DNA of 44,152 nucleotides, from contig JAKABN010000002.1 in assembly GCA_021796895.1 (NCBI GenBank), positions 1 to 44,152 of the forward strand, in the 5' to 3' direction. Each line of letters opens with the position of its first letter. Within the stretch, counting starts at the first letter, position 1. A program made the position numbers and the translations under genes. The notes below the pieces were generated by a model that did no database searches, was not told the DNA's origin, and was given only the letters and a program-made list of their open reading frames with translations. This stretch comes from Thermoplasmata archaeon (GTDB lineage: Archaea > Thermoplasmatota > Thermoplasmata > Sysuiplasmatales > Sysuiplasmataceae). Of the stretch, positions 18,775-27,626 are shown piece after piece.

Positions 18775-19392
18775 TCATTGGACCCGCCTGTCCGGCTCAG
18801 ACACGTTTCCATAATCTCTTTTCCATGATCTCTTGCGCGAGGGGATGAGCAGATTAACCCGCTTCGAATATTCCGCGTAGACAGGACCGGTTCTGGATGC
18901 CCAGTATGCGTCTATCGACCAGACTGATTTGATTAAGATTGGTACAAAGACGGCAGCGCACAGCACCGCTCCTGCCGGACTCACGAGATCGGTCGCCACG
19001 CCTGCCATGACAAGCATGATGCCGAAGTACAGCGGATGCCTGCAGAAGCGGTAGAAACCGGAAGGAGAGAGTTTCGGTCCCTCCTCGCCGGTTTCGCTTA
19101 TTATCTGTGAGGCCGGTGCCTTGGCCCCGAAGAAAAATACCGCACCGACAAGTGTAAGCACCATGCCCGCCGCAGATATGGTGTAATACAATACGCTCTC
19201 CTGTCTGAGCGGTGTTACAAGTGATACAAGCACAACGGCTCCTCCGGCAATAAGGCGCATCACACTGAGCGTTGTGACCGGAATCCAGCGCGTGGAGTCG
19301 GAAGGCTGTTTTCTGATGGTTGAGAATACCATTGCGGCGATGCTCACCGCTACGACTGAATCCTGAATACCGAAGTAACCGGTGAAGAACAT
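18775..19392 (-). CDS. Integral-membrane methyltransferase of the ICMT/PEMT (isoprenylcysteine carboxyl / phospholipid methyltransferase) family (205 aa)
   Basis: Multiple TM helices. GFYRFCRHPLYFGIMLV, followed by a C-terminal ...YAEYSKRV segment, resembles the RHPxYxG motif of this family. Confidence 0.6.
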   Translation of the reverse strand: MFFTGYFGIQDSVVAVSIAAMVFSTIRKQPSDSTRWIPVTTLSVMRLIAGGAVVLVSLVTPLRQESVLYYTISAAGMVLTLVGAVFFFGAKAPASQIISETGEEGPKLSPSGFYRFCRHPLYFGIMLVMAGVATDLVSPAGAVLCAAVFVPILIKSVWSIDAYWASRTGPVYAEYSKRVNLLIPSRKRSWKRDYGNVSEPDRRVQ

Positions 19393-19568
19393 TCGACGTG
19401 CTCCAGTTGCTCCATATCGGCACGCATTAAATTAATAGTTCCCCGATGGCAGCGCTGTTACATCACAGGCGCCGGAACGGTGACTTGCGGTGCGAGGCGC
19501 GGCACATTTGTGCAAGGCTTGGTTGAAACCCATATATCAGACCGCCCGCATTACAATGCCAAAGCATC

Positions 19569-20387
19569 ATGGAAACAATGTCATTCGGAGCGCGTACAAA
19601 AATCGCGATGCCCGATATCGGACTGGGAACATGGCGTATTGGCGGAAGCTTCACTGCCGATGGTTCTCAGGATGTCTCTGAGATCGAAGCTGTGAGCAAA
19701 GCTATTGAGATGGGTTACCGCTTCATAGACACAGCCGAGATGTATGGAAACGGTCATTCAGAAGAACTGGTGGGCACGGCCGCGACAGACAGAGAGATAT
19801 TCATTGCAACAAAAGTCTGGCAGACGAACCTCAGGTATGACGATGTTCTAAAAGCCGCAGGCAGGAGCCTGAAAAGGCTCAAGAGGAAATACATAGATCT
19901 GTATCAGATACACTGGCCCAGCGACAGCATACCTTTGCGCGAAACAATGAGAGCCATGGAGAAACTGGCGGATGACGGCATCATCAGGCACATCGGAGTG
20001 AGCAACTTCGGCGTCGAACTGCTTGAAGATGCCTCCAGTCACCTTTCGAGACATGAGATTATCTCCGATCAGGTTTCATACAGCATTGCAGACCGCGAGC
20101 CTGAAAAGGGGCTCACGGAATACTGCAGGAAGCACGGAATAGGCATCATTGCGTATGAGCCTCTCGCAAAAGGGAAAGTTTTTGAGGGAAGAAACGGCCG
20201 CGTCCTTGCGGAAGCAGCATCGATGGTGTCCAGGACGCCGGCGCAGGTCGCACTTAACTGGCTGATGTGCAAGAGGGCACTGCCGATACCGAAATCCGTT
20301 GATTTCGGGCACCTCTCTGAGAATCTGGGCGCAACTGGCTGGCGCCTGCCTGAGAAGGTGATGAAGTTCATGGACGAATCGCTTTGA
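19569..20387 (+). CDS. Aldo/keto reductase (272 aa)
   Basis: IGLGTWRIGG, FIDTAEMYGNGHSEE, DLYQIHWP and IGVSNF motifs. Confidence 0.85.
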   Translation: METMSFGARTKIAMPDIGLGTWRIGGSFTADGSQDVSEIEAVSKAIEMGYRFIDTAEMYGNGHSEELVGTAATDREIFIATKVWQTNLRYDDVLKAAGRSLKRLKRKYIDLYQIHWPSDSIPLRETMRAMEKLADDGIIRHIGVSNFGVELLEDASSHLSRHEIISDQVSYSIADREPEKGLTEYCRKHGIGIIAYEPLAKGKVFEGRNGRVLAEAASMVSRTPAQVALNWLMCKRALPIPKSVDFGHLSENLGATGWRLPEKVMKFMDESL

Positions 20388-20408
20388 GGATGCATTGCGG
20401 CTGCATCC
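20388..20408 (+). terminator. Perfect 7-bp stem hairpin (GGATGCA-ttgcggc-TGCATCC) directly after the aldo/keto reductase stop
   Basis: Seen directly. Whether it functions as a terminator is an inference. Confidence 0.3.
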
Positions 20409-20412
20409 GCAC

Positions 20413-20420
20413 ATATAAAT
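20413..20420 (+). promoter_or_regulatory. TATA-like box ATATAAAT upstream of the first ABC exporter
   Basis: An AT-rich octamer in the intergenic region. The predicted transcription start about 25 nt downstream would fall after the ATG at 20433, which favours the TTG start at 20475 with GAGGAGG at 20461-20467. Confidence 0.35.
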
Positions 20421-20474
20421 AGCCTGTTCCGTGTGAAACCCAACTGCACGATCTGTAATAGAGGAGGAAGACGA

Positions 20475-21389
20475 TTGACTCAAACAGCCATAGCAGCAGA
20501 ACATCTTGTAAAGAGCTACGGATCGATAAAAGCCGTGGACGGGCTCTCACTGAACATACGCAAAGGGGAAGTCTACAGTCTGCTCGGACCCAACGGTGCA
20601 GGAAAGACGACAACGATAGAGATACTGGAAGGACTGAGACGCCCAGACGAAGGGAATGTGTCCATCCTCTCGATGGACCCATGGAAAAACGCCGTGGAAC
20701 TGAGGAGAAAGGTCGGCGTCATGCCTCAGGGATTCAATTTCATAGCCAAGATAACGCCCAAGGAAGCGATACGTCATTACTGCACACTTTTCGGCGTGCC
20801 TGACAATTCGAAGGAACTGCTGGAGCTTGTCGACCTGACGGATATGGCCAGAGTCAGCTTTGAGCACCTTTCCGGCGGGCAAAAACAGAAGCTGGGCCTC
20901 TGCCTTGCGATGGCAAACAGCCCGGAGATCATATTTCTCGACGAGCCGACCACCGGTCTGGATCCGCAGGCCAGGAGGAACATGTGGGATGTCATAAAGA
21001 GACTGAAGTCAGAGGGTAAAACACTCCTGCTGACCACACATTATCTGGAGGAGGCCGAGAGGCTGGCGGACAGAGTGGGCATCGTGGACCACGGCAGGAT
21101 GCTGGCAGAGGGCACTCCAGATGATATAATCGGCGAGCATGGAAACGGCCTGTACCTGAGGATAAGCGGCACTGCAGAACTTGCGTCCAGAATCAGGAGC
21201 GCAACGGGTCTGGAATGCTCCAGCAAGGATGGCCTGGTGGACATAAAAATTGACGCGAATGAAAATATAGTAAATGTGCTGAGAGTGGTGGAATCCGTGC
21301 ATTCGAAACTCAGTGTTCTGGAACTCAAGAGAGAGGGGCTGGAAGACGTGTTCGTAAAAATGGTCGGAAGGATGGAGGGGAATGAATGA
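20475..21389 (+). CDS. ABC transporter ATP-binding protein (DrrA/ABC-2 type)
   Basis: Walker A GPNGAGKTT, signature LSGGQKQK, Walker B IIFLDEPTTGLD, H-loop TTHY. The start is a TTG preceded by GAGGAGG. The track ORF begins 42 nt earlier, at the ATG at 20433. Confidence 0.9.
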   Translation: MTQTAIAAEHLVKSYGSIKAVDGLSLNIRKGEVYSLLGPNGAGKTTTIEILEGLRRPDEGNVSILSMDPWKNAVELRRKVGVMPQGFNFIAKITPKEAIRHYCTLFGVPDNSKELLELVDLTDMARVSFEHLSGGQKQKLGLCLAMANSPEIIFLDEPTTGLDPQARRNMWDVIKRLKSEGKTLLLTTHYLEEAERLADRVGIVDHGRMLAEGTPDDIIGEHGNGLYLRISGTAELASRIRSATGLECSSKDGLVDIKIDANENIVNVLRVVESVHSKLSVLELKREGLEDVFVKMVGRMEGNE

Positions 21390-22480
21390 AGCCTTCGCAC
21401 ATATTGAGCGATCTGGTTATCTACTTCAAGAATTTCGCGCGCAGCAGGGAGGGCGTCTTTTTCACGTTCATATTCCCAGTGATTCTAATAGCGGTGTTCG
21501 GTTCCATCTTCTCCCACGGAACAGGCGGGAGCGTCCCTCTATACGTGCAGAATCTGAACGGAACCACCGGTGTCACCCAGGAATTCCTTGCCGGGCTGAA
21601 TCAGACGCATCTCGTAAAGGTGCACATGATCCCCGCCGACGTGAATGTACAGAACTACATTACCAGGAACTCGGTGACTGCTGCGCTTGTAATACCCTCC
21701 ACTTTCACAGATGCCGTTCGCGCAAATACGACGACGACCCTGCCGTTCTACTACAATCCAACCCAGTCGTCGTCTCAGTTTGCTGCCCAGGCGATTAATC
21801 TCGTGGTTGAGCATTTCAATGCGCAGTTGAGCGGCACGCACAGCATAATCAGCGTCAGCCAGAATACCAATTCCGTTGTCGCCACCAGCTACATCGACTA
21901 TCTGGTGCCGGGCCTGATCGGATTCACCATCCTCACTTCGCCTATGTTCTCCACGACGTACATCGTCAGTTCATACAAGAAGGAGAAGATTTTCAGACAG
22001 TTTTCGCTGACGCCCCTGACGAAGAGCGAATGGCTCTTTTCGCGATTTACCGGATCGTTCATCATAGCCCTTCTCTCAGCGGGGGAGATGATTGCAACAG
22101 GCGTAATCCTGTTCGATGCTCGCGTCATCCTGACACCGCTGGTGCTCCCTTTCATACTGCTCGGCGTCGTGCTGTTCGTTTCACTCGGCACGATAGCCGG
22201 TGCGCTGGCGAAGACCGAGGAAGGCGCATCGGTGATAGGAAATATAATCACCTTTCCCATGATGTTCCTCTCAGGCACATTTTTCCCGGTTTCCGCCATG
22301 CCGTCATGGCTTCAGGGAATAGCCCATCTGCTTCCCCTCTACTACATAATAGACGGGCTCAACTCCGTCATGATATACACAAACGGCGCAGAGGCAGTGC
22401 TGGATATAGCAGTTTCCGCCACCCTAGCATTACTGTTCTTCGTAATAGCTCTGGCAGTTTTCAGCTGGAAGGAGGAATGA
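21386..22480 (+). CDS. ABC-2 family permease with a large extracytoplasmic loop (364 aa)
   Basis: One N-terminal TM, then a ~140-aa hydrophilic loop carrying N-x-S/T sequons (NGT, NQT, NTT), then about 5 TM helices. ATGA overlap with the upstream ATPase. Confidence 0.75.
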   Translation: MKPSHILSDLVIYFKNFARSREGVFFTFIFPVILIAVFGSIFSHGTGGSVPLYVQNLNGTTGVTQEFLAGLNQTHLVKVHMIPADVNVQNYITRNSVTAALVIPSTFTDAVRANTTTTLPFYYNPTQSSSQFAAQAINLVVEHFNAQLSGTHSIISVSQNTNSVVATSYIDYLVPGLIGFTILTSPMFSTTYIVSSYKKEKIFRQFSLTPLTKSEWLFSRFTGSFIIALLSAGEMIATGVILFDARVILTPLVLPFILLGVVLFVSLGTIAGALAKTEEGASVIGNIITFPMMFLSGTFFPVSAMPSWLQGIAHLLPLYYIIDGLNSVMIYTNGAEAVLDIAVSATLALLFFVIALAVFSWKEE

Positions 22481-22584
22481 TCGCCGTGAATGACGATGCC
22501 TTTGAACCTTCCGGTCGGAATTTGTGCGATGCACCGTCACGTACGCAGGGAAAGTTGATATATCCACAGCGATGATGAAAAAAC

Positions 22585-23301
22585 ATGATCGTGCTCATCG
22601 GTGTCGGCCACGTCTTCGACATAGGAGGAACGGTGAAGTCGCTGGTGATTGACACGAAACCCGGGGCAGTGTGCCTCGAACTCGATGACGGAAGACTGGC
22701 AGGATTGCTGACCAGGCAGCGGGGCGAAGGAACCTCACGTGCCTACAGGTCGCTGGGGGATTTTCAGTCGAAGATGGCCGAAAGCTACGGCACGACTGTC
22801 GGTTCTGAAATGCTGGCCGCATACGAAGCGGCACAGCTGATCGGCGCAAGGATATACTGCATAGACATGAATGCCGGGGAATTTTTCGACCGTGCGTTCA
22901 AATCCATGTCGCTGAAGGAGAAGGCATACCTCACGCTCAACTCTTTTGCAGCCCGGTTTGTCAGGAAAAAGAAGATAGAGAAGGAACTGAAACATTATGA
23001 GGAGAACGGCGCAGAATACATGGAGGAGTTCGGCAGACGATTTCCGTCACTGAAAAAGGTACTGATTGACGACAGAAACAGCCACATGGCAGGCATGATC
23101 AGAAAAATCGCCGGCGAGCACAGGGAAGTCGTGGCTGTCATAGGTGACGGTCACGTTGAAGGGCTTATGAGTCTCATCAGCGACCTGCCAGTGAGGGTCA
23201 TAAGGCTGAAGGATTTGCGCGATACGCGGGAGATCGGTGAGGATCCCTCAGTCAGCCGGAATGGAAATGGGCAGGCAACCTTCTCTTTCAACTACAGGTG
23301 A
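22585..23301 (+). CDS. TraB/PrgY-family protein (Tiki superfamily), soluble (238 aa)
   Basis: VLIGVGHV...VCLELD, GSEMLAAYEAA, IDDRNSHMA and AVIGDGHVEGL match the family hallmarks as I recall them (GTAHVS..vELc, GxEm, eRdxxma, VvGaGHlxG). No TM segment. Confidence 0.75.
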   Translation: MIVLIGVGHVFDIGGTVKSLVIDTKPGAVCLELDDGRLAGLLTRQRGEGTSRAYRSLGDFQSKMAESYGTTVGSEMLAAYEAAQLIGARIYCIDMNAGEFFDRAFKSMSLKEKAYLTLNSFAARFVRKKKIEKELKHYEENGAEYMEEFGRRFPSLKKVLIDDRNSHMAGMIRKIAGEHREVVAVIGDGHVEGLMSLISDLPVRVIRLKDLRDTREIGEDPSVSRNGNGQATFSFNYR

Positions 23302-23335
23302 TGCATGCGATGCATTCTCCTGGAGTCAGTAATCG

Positions 23336-24277
23336 ATGAGTGTTGAGGCGGGACAATTCATGAATGCGGTGGAGGCGATCGGACTCAGAAAGGTGTACAA
23401 GGCAGGGAAAAAAACCGTGTGTGCACTGGACAGTATAGACATTGCCGTCGCCAAGGGCAGGCTGTTTTCATTCCTCGGACGAAATGGAGCCGGCAAGACT
23501 ACTTTTGTAAAGATAGCGTCGACGCTGCTGCTGCCGACATCCGGTTCTGTCCGGATACTGGATCATGACGTTGTGAACGAGACGGCCAGAGTCAGGGAAG
23601 ATATAGCGCTGGTTCCTCAGGACGTCCGGCCCTATTATCATCTGACGCCGCGTGAAACAGCACACAGCTACCTGCGCATAAGAGGGCTTGCAAGGGAGGA
23701 GGCGGCGAGCAGGACGCAGTGGGTGCTCGACGAGATGGGTCTTTCCGAATATGCGGATGTACCCTGCCTGCAGCTGTCCGGAGGACTTCAGCAGAGGACG
23801 ATGGTGGCGATGGTTCTGGCAACATTGGCGCCTGTGATGTTTCTCGACGAGCCGACGCTTGGAATGGATCCCATGGCAAGGCGGAATGTCTGGAAGATCA
23901 TAGAGGAGATAAGGTCGCGCGGTTCGACTGTTTTCCTCACCACGCACTATCTCGATGAGGCCGAAAGACTCTCTGAGGAACTTGCCATAATAAGCAGGGG
24001 AAAAATACTTTTCAGGGGTTCTGTTCGTGAACTGAAGGTCATTGTGGGTGCAGACTACAGGGCAATAATGAACAGAAATGTTCCGCGGGAACTTCTGAGC
24101 GGATTCGATACAATTGTGGAAGACGGAGGACGCCTTCTTGTCCTCACAACCAGAGAGGGCGCACTATCACTTGCGGATGCGGCGAGCAGGGCTGGATATG
24201 AAATTTCGGTCGGACCTGTTACTCTGGAAGAGGCATTCATCCGGCTTGTAGGGAGTTCTGAGATAGATGAAGCTTAG
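23336..24277 (+). CDS. ABC transporter ATP-binding protein (ABC-2 type)
   Basis: Walker A GRNGAGKTT, signature LSGGLQQR, Walker B MFLDEPTLGMD, H-loop TTHY. The start could be the ATG at 23360. TAG stop. Confidence 0.9.
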   Translation: MSVEAGQFMNAVEAIGLRKVYKAGKKTVCALDSIDIAVAKGRLFSFLGRNGAGKTTFVKIASTLLLPTSGSVRILDHDVVNETARVREDIALVPQDVRPYYHLTPRETAHSYLRIRGLAREEAASRTQWVLDEMGLSEYADVPCLQLSGGLQQRTMVAMVLATLAPVMFLDEPTLGMDPMARRNVWKIIEEIRSRGSTVFLTTHYLDEAERLSEELAIISRGKILFRGSVRELKVIVGADYRAIMNRNVPRELLSGFDTIVEDGGRLLVLTTREGALSLADAASRAGYEISVGPVTLEEAFIRLVGSSEIDEA

Positions 24278-25013
24278 ACTTCAACTCAGGGCTGTGGGAA
24301 CATTCCTGATGATCAACGGGATCATCGCGCTGAGGAGGCAGACAATAGTACTCGTTTCCATCTCTCTTGCGCCGTTCACATTCATCTACTTCCTGTATCT
24401 CGTCAGCCCGAGGGCGGAACTTCCCTTTGGTGTAGTCGGTGCAATAGTGTTCACCACCGTTTTTACCGGGAGCATGCTGCTCAATGATTCAGCATATCTG
24501 AGGCTGGAGAGGCATCTGCAGGCGATCTATGTTGCATCCCCCGTAATGGCTGTGTCGTACGCTGCGGGCATGGCACTTTCAGAACTCATATTCATCCTGC
24601 CGCCGCTCGTCGTACTCTTTGTGGTGCTTGGCTTTGTTGTACACATAACACCTGCGATCCTTCTTTCTATGCTCTGCATCGTGATTCTCACATGGATAAT
24701 GGCATCAAGCCTGGGTTTCATGGTGTCCTCATTCTTCAAGCAGATGAGGGAAATATGGCCGATCGCGAGCCTGATATTCTCCGTAATTTCCATCGTACCG
24801 CCAATATTCTATCCAATAACAGCCATACCTGCGAACTACAGGTGGATTGCATACTTCGCCCCCACAACATACTCAGCGCTGCTGGGTGACAGTGTGGTCG
24901 GCATCGTTCACGTTTCCGCATTTATTCAGACTTTGTATGTGGGCGGTCTTGTCGGTGCCACACTGATGTTCATTGGCATAGCTTCTGTTTTCACGCGCTG
25001 GAGAGAAAAGTAG
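24267..25013 (+). CDS. ABC-2 family permease, compact 6-TM type (248 aa)
   Basis: Six predicted hydrophobic helices. 11-nt overlap with the upstream ATPase gene. Confidence 0.7.
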   Translation: MKLRLQLRAVGTFLMINGIIALRRQTIVLVSISLAPFTFIYFLYLVSPRAELPFGVVGAIVFTTVFTGSMLLNDSAYLRLERHLQAIYVASPVMAVSYAAGMALSELIFILPPLVVLFVVLGFVVHITPAILLSMLCIVILTWIMASSLGFMVSSFFKQMREIWPIASLIFSVISIVPPIFYPITAIPANYRWIAYFAPTTYSALLGDSVVGIVHVSAFIQTLYVGGLVGATLMFIGIASVFTRWREK

Positions 25014-25090
25014 GCGGCATGAGCCGCGTTGCTGCGACATGTTTAAATACAGACGGAAATCTGCGAGTCCTCTGCTTAAGGCTGATCACA

Positions 25091-25282
25091 ATGGGAAACA
25101 TAAGACCCACATACATCAAGAGGGTAGCGGTCGAACTTGTCAACAACTATCCCGGACTTTTCACGGATGATTTCAATCTGAATAAGGAGATTGTGGGCAA
25201 GATGACTGATGTGACATCCACCATGATGAGGAACAAGATTGCCGGTTATGTGACAACCTTCAGGAAGCATCCGAAGCTCTGA
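25091..25282 (+). CDS. rps17e: 30S ribosomal protein S17e (63 aa)
   Basis: MGNIRPTYIKRVAVELVNNYPGLFTDDFNLNKE...MRNKIAGYVT matches archaeal S17e. Internal ATG chosen. Confidence 0.85.
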   Translation: MGNIRPTYIKRVAVELVNNYPGLFTDDFNLNKEIVGKMTDVTSTMMRNKIAGYVTTFRKHPKL

Positions 25283-25299
25283 GTTCGTCTCTGCAACCT

Positions 25300-26478
25300 T
25301 CATGCCGTGGTTTTGGGCAGGACAAGATACAGCGGCACGAAGCCTATTGAAATCAGGAACATTGCGATCCACGCTTCGTGGAAACCATAGTCGAATGCAA
25401 TCGCTCCAAAAGCGAACGGCACCCAGAAGCCGCACATCACCTGTATGCCGTTGACAAGGCTCACAGCGAGCGGTATGTTCTTCAGACCGATTGAACGCAT
25501 GTGAGCGGGCAGCGCGTATGTGATCGAAACGCCTGATGTGAACAACACTCCGAGCAGCACGCTTCCCATGGCCGCGGCAACGATGCTGTCAAACAGGAAG
25601 AGCAGCAGGGACGCGGAGAACATGCATGAGACCATGATGAGCAGCGTCCGCCCGCTCTTTATTTTCCGGTAGAGGGGTCCAGACATGGCCCCTCCGATGA
25701 GTCCGACGAACAGTATGAGCGAGGAAAGAATACTGGCGATACCGGAATTCACCCGGAGATATGTTACCGAATACACGTAGAGATAGGAACTCGCGGCATT
25801 GAAAGCACCCCAGATGCCTATGAAGCCTATTGAAATGACCCATATCTGCCTGTTGCGCAGCACCGATGCGATTTCGTGCAGCGTCACGCCCGTGGAGGCA
25901 TTCTCCGCGGCCCTGTCCATTTTCACCGTGAGCATGCTGACTGCATAAGTCGCAAGGCACAGGACACCTCCAATTATGACGCCTGCCCGCCATCCCGTGT
26001 AATCCATCAGCAGGGGCCATAACAGTATTGCGAAGCCAGCACCCAGCTGGAAGGCGGCGTTGTAATAGCCGATGACACCGGTCCTGTTTCCGGCAGAGAC
26101 AAAAGACGACAGTATCCCTATGGCCGGTGCAAAGAACATTGCCGCACCCATGCCGGCTATGAATCTGAATATCAGGAGGATCGGAAAACTGGTTGCGAAC
26201 GGAGTGGCAATTGTGAAAACCGAGAGAAGGAGCAACCCGTTCATGGCCACAGGCTTTGAGCCGTAGCGCGAGGAGAGTATACCCGAGGGTATCTGGAACA
26301 CCCCGACGGCAAGCAGGAAGGAGGACATTATCAGTCCGGAATAAGAGTTCTTCACGCCGTATGCGGCGACTATCAGAAGAAGTGCTGGAGACACTGTGTA
26401 CCAGTTCAGTGCGTAGGTGAAACGCGACGAAAGAATGGAAGCCAGCACGACGTGGTTGTTCTCCTTCCTTTCGTCCAT
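25300..26478 (-). CDS. MFS transporter (~392 aa)
   Basis: About 12 hydrophobic helices with an MFS-like loop 2-3 (GILSSRYGSKPV). The start is either the ATG at 26478 or the GTG at 26499. Confidence 0.75.
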   Translation of the reverse strand: MDERKENNHVVLASILSSRFTYALNWYTVSPALLLIVAAYGVKNSYSGLIMSSFLLAVGVFQIPSGILSSRYGSKPVAMNGLLLLSVFTIATPFATSFPILLIFRFIAGMGAAMFFAPAIGILSSFVSAGNRTGVIGYYNAAFQLGAGFAILLWPLLMDYTGWRAGVIIGGVLCLATYAVSMLTVKMDRAAENASTGVTLHEIASVLRNRQIWVISIGFIGIWGAFNAASSYLYVYSVTYLRVNSGIASILSSLILFVGLIGGAMSGPLYRKIKSGRTLLIMVSCMFSASLLLFLFDSIVAAAMGSVLLGVLFTSGVSITYALPAHMRSIGLKNIPLAVSLVNGIQVMCGFWVPFAFGAIAFDYGFHEAWIAMFLISIGFVPLYLVLPKTTA

Positions 26479-26607
26479 TGTATCTCTCTGCGGGGTCACC
26501 GTGGCTCTATGCTGCCCTGCTTAAGTAACTTTTGTGGACCGGTCCGCAACAGGTTTTCGCTATGGATAATAATAAGAACTGAAAGGCATTGGTTTACCCC
26601 GGCGCAT

Positions 26608-26681
26608 GCCCGAGTGGGGTAGCTAGGATATCCTTGAAGATTGCGGATCTTCGGACCCGGGTTCGAATCCCGGCTCGGGCG
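26608..26681 (+). tRNA. tRNA-Arg (anticodon GCG), 74 nt, no encoded CCA
   Basis: Hand-folded. Acceptor GCCCGAG/CTCGGGC, anticodon stem GAAGA/TCTTC with loop TTGCGGA, T-arm CCGGG-TTCGAAT-CCCGG, A14 and GG in the D-loop. Confidence 0.85.
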
Positions 26682-26729
26682 CTTCGCGCTTTGGTGAGAA
26701 TATTTCTTATTGAAAAGTGATCCCGGTGC

Positions 26730-27119
26730 ATGCCATACAGGACGCTGCGCATAAAGAGGGTTTATGATGCGCCGGAGCCCGAAGACGGCATGCGCGTGCT
26801 CGTCGACAGGCTGTGGCCGAGGGGGCTCAGCAGGGAGAAGGCGGCCGTTGACCGCTGGATGAAGGAGATAGCACCTTCTGACGGGCTGCGGCGCTGGTAC
26901 TCCCACGACAGGGCCAGGTATGACGAGTTCCGGACAAGGTACCGCGCCGAGCTGAATGAGCGCGGAACAGCAGTCCTTGAGCTCCTGTCAGCTGCACTGT
27001 CCGGATCCGTGACGCTGCTCTATTCGTCGCGAGACACAGACATCAACAATGCGGTCGTGCTGCGCGATTACATAGAAGAGCGCATGCGGGAAAGCAGGAG
27101 CGCCGGGTCATCTCTGTGA
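26730..27119 (+). CDS. DUF488 (YeaO-like) family protein (129 aa)
   Basis: KRVYDAPEPEDGMRVLVDRLWPRGLSREKAAVDRWMKEIAPS..LRRWY is the characteristic DUF488 N-terminal pattern. Confidence 0.7.
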   Translation: MPYRTLRIKRVYDAPEPEDGMRVLVDRLWPRGLSREKAAVDRWMKEIAPSDGLRRWYSHDRARYDEFRTRYRAELNERGTAVLELLSAALSGSVTLLYSSRDTDINNAVVLRDYIEERMRESRSAGSSL

Positions 27120-27611
27120 AAGAAGTCTTTCGAAGTACTGTTTCACTTCGGCGCTGTTACGCGCCTCTATGCCGAAGAATTCCGCGAAACGCGAGCTCGT
27201 GGTCAGTTCCAGCGAATGCGCCTTCGATCTGACGTTGACGAGCCCCATTTCACGGAGTTTCGCGACGCTTTCATATATCCTGGGGCCGATTTTTCTCGCG
27301 AGTTCGCTCTGCAGGACCGGCTGGTAATATGCCACGAGAGAAATGGCAGTGAGCACATCCCTTGGCAATTCAACCGGCGCCATGTTCCTGGCGCTCTTCT
27401 GAAAGTCCTTCCCGAGCTGCATGGAGTACTTGTCGCCAATCCTGACTATCTCGATGGATGTGCTGCGTCCGTCGTATATCCTCTTCAGTTTTTTCAACGA
27501 CTGCCTCACGTCCTGCAGAGGGAGACCTGACGCCTCGGATATCTCTGAAGGAGCCAGCGGTCTTCCGGAAGAAAAGAGCATTGCTTCCACGACAAGCAGC
27601 TGTTCATCCAA
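27108..27611 (-). CDS. scpB: Segregation and condensation protein B (167 aa)
   Basis: LVVEAMLFSSGRPLAPSEI... has the winged-helix pattern of ScpB. Last gene of the smc-scpA-scpB row. Confidence 0.75.
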   Translation of the reverse strand: MDEQLLVVEAMLFSSGRPLAPSEISEASGLPLQDVRQSLKKLKRIYDGRSTSIEIVRIGDKYSMQLGKDFQKSARNMAPVELPRDVLTAISLVAYYQPVLQSELARKIGPRIYESVAKLREMGLVNVRSKAHSLELTTSSRFAEFFGIEARNSAEVKQYFERLLSQR

Positions 27612-27626
27612 CAGATATGACCCCCG

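Noticed and set aside
18711-18812. Longer start for mevalonate kinase (METCLSRT...), overlapping the methyltransferase gene end
   Set aside because: GHMP motif I normally lies about 10 aa from the N-terminus. The extension has no similarity and would overlap the upstream gene by 38 nt.
20433-20474. ATG at 20433 as the start of the first ABC ATPase
   Set aside because: It lies only about 13 nt from the TATA-like box, so probably upstream of the transcription start. The added residues (MKPNCTICNRGGRR) are not ABC-like, and a TTG at 20475 has a strong GAGGAGG 8 nt upstream. This remains uncertain.
26496-26906. 136-aa minus-strand ORF spanning the tRNA-Arg(GCG) locus
   Set aside because: It overlaps a well-folding tRNA and the start of the DUF488 gene, and its Pro/Arg-rich composition is typical of a spurious ORF.
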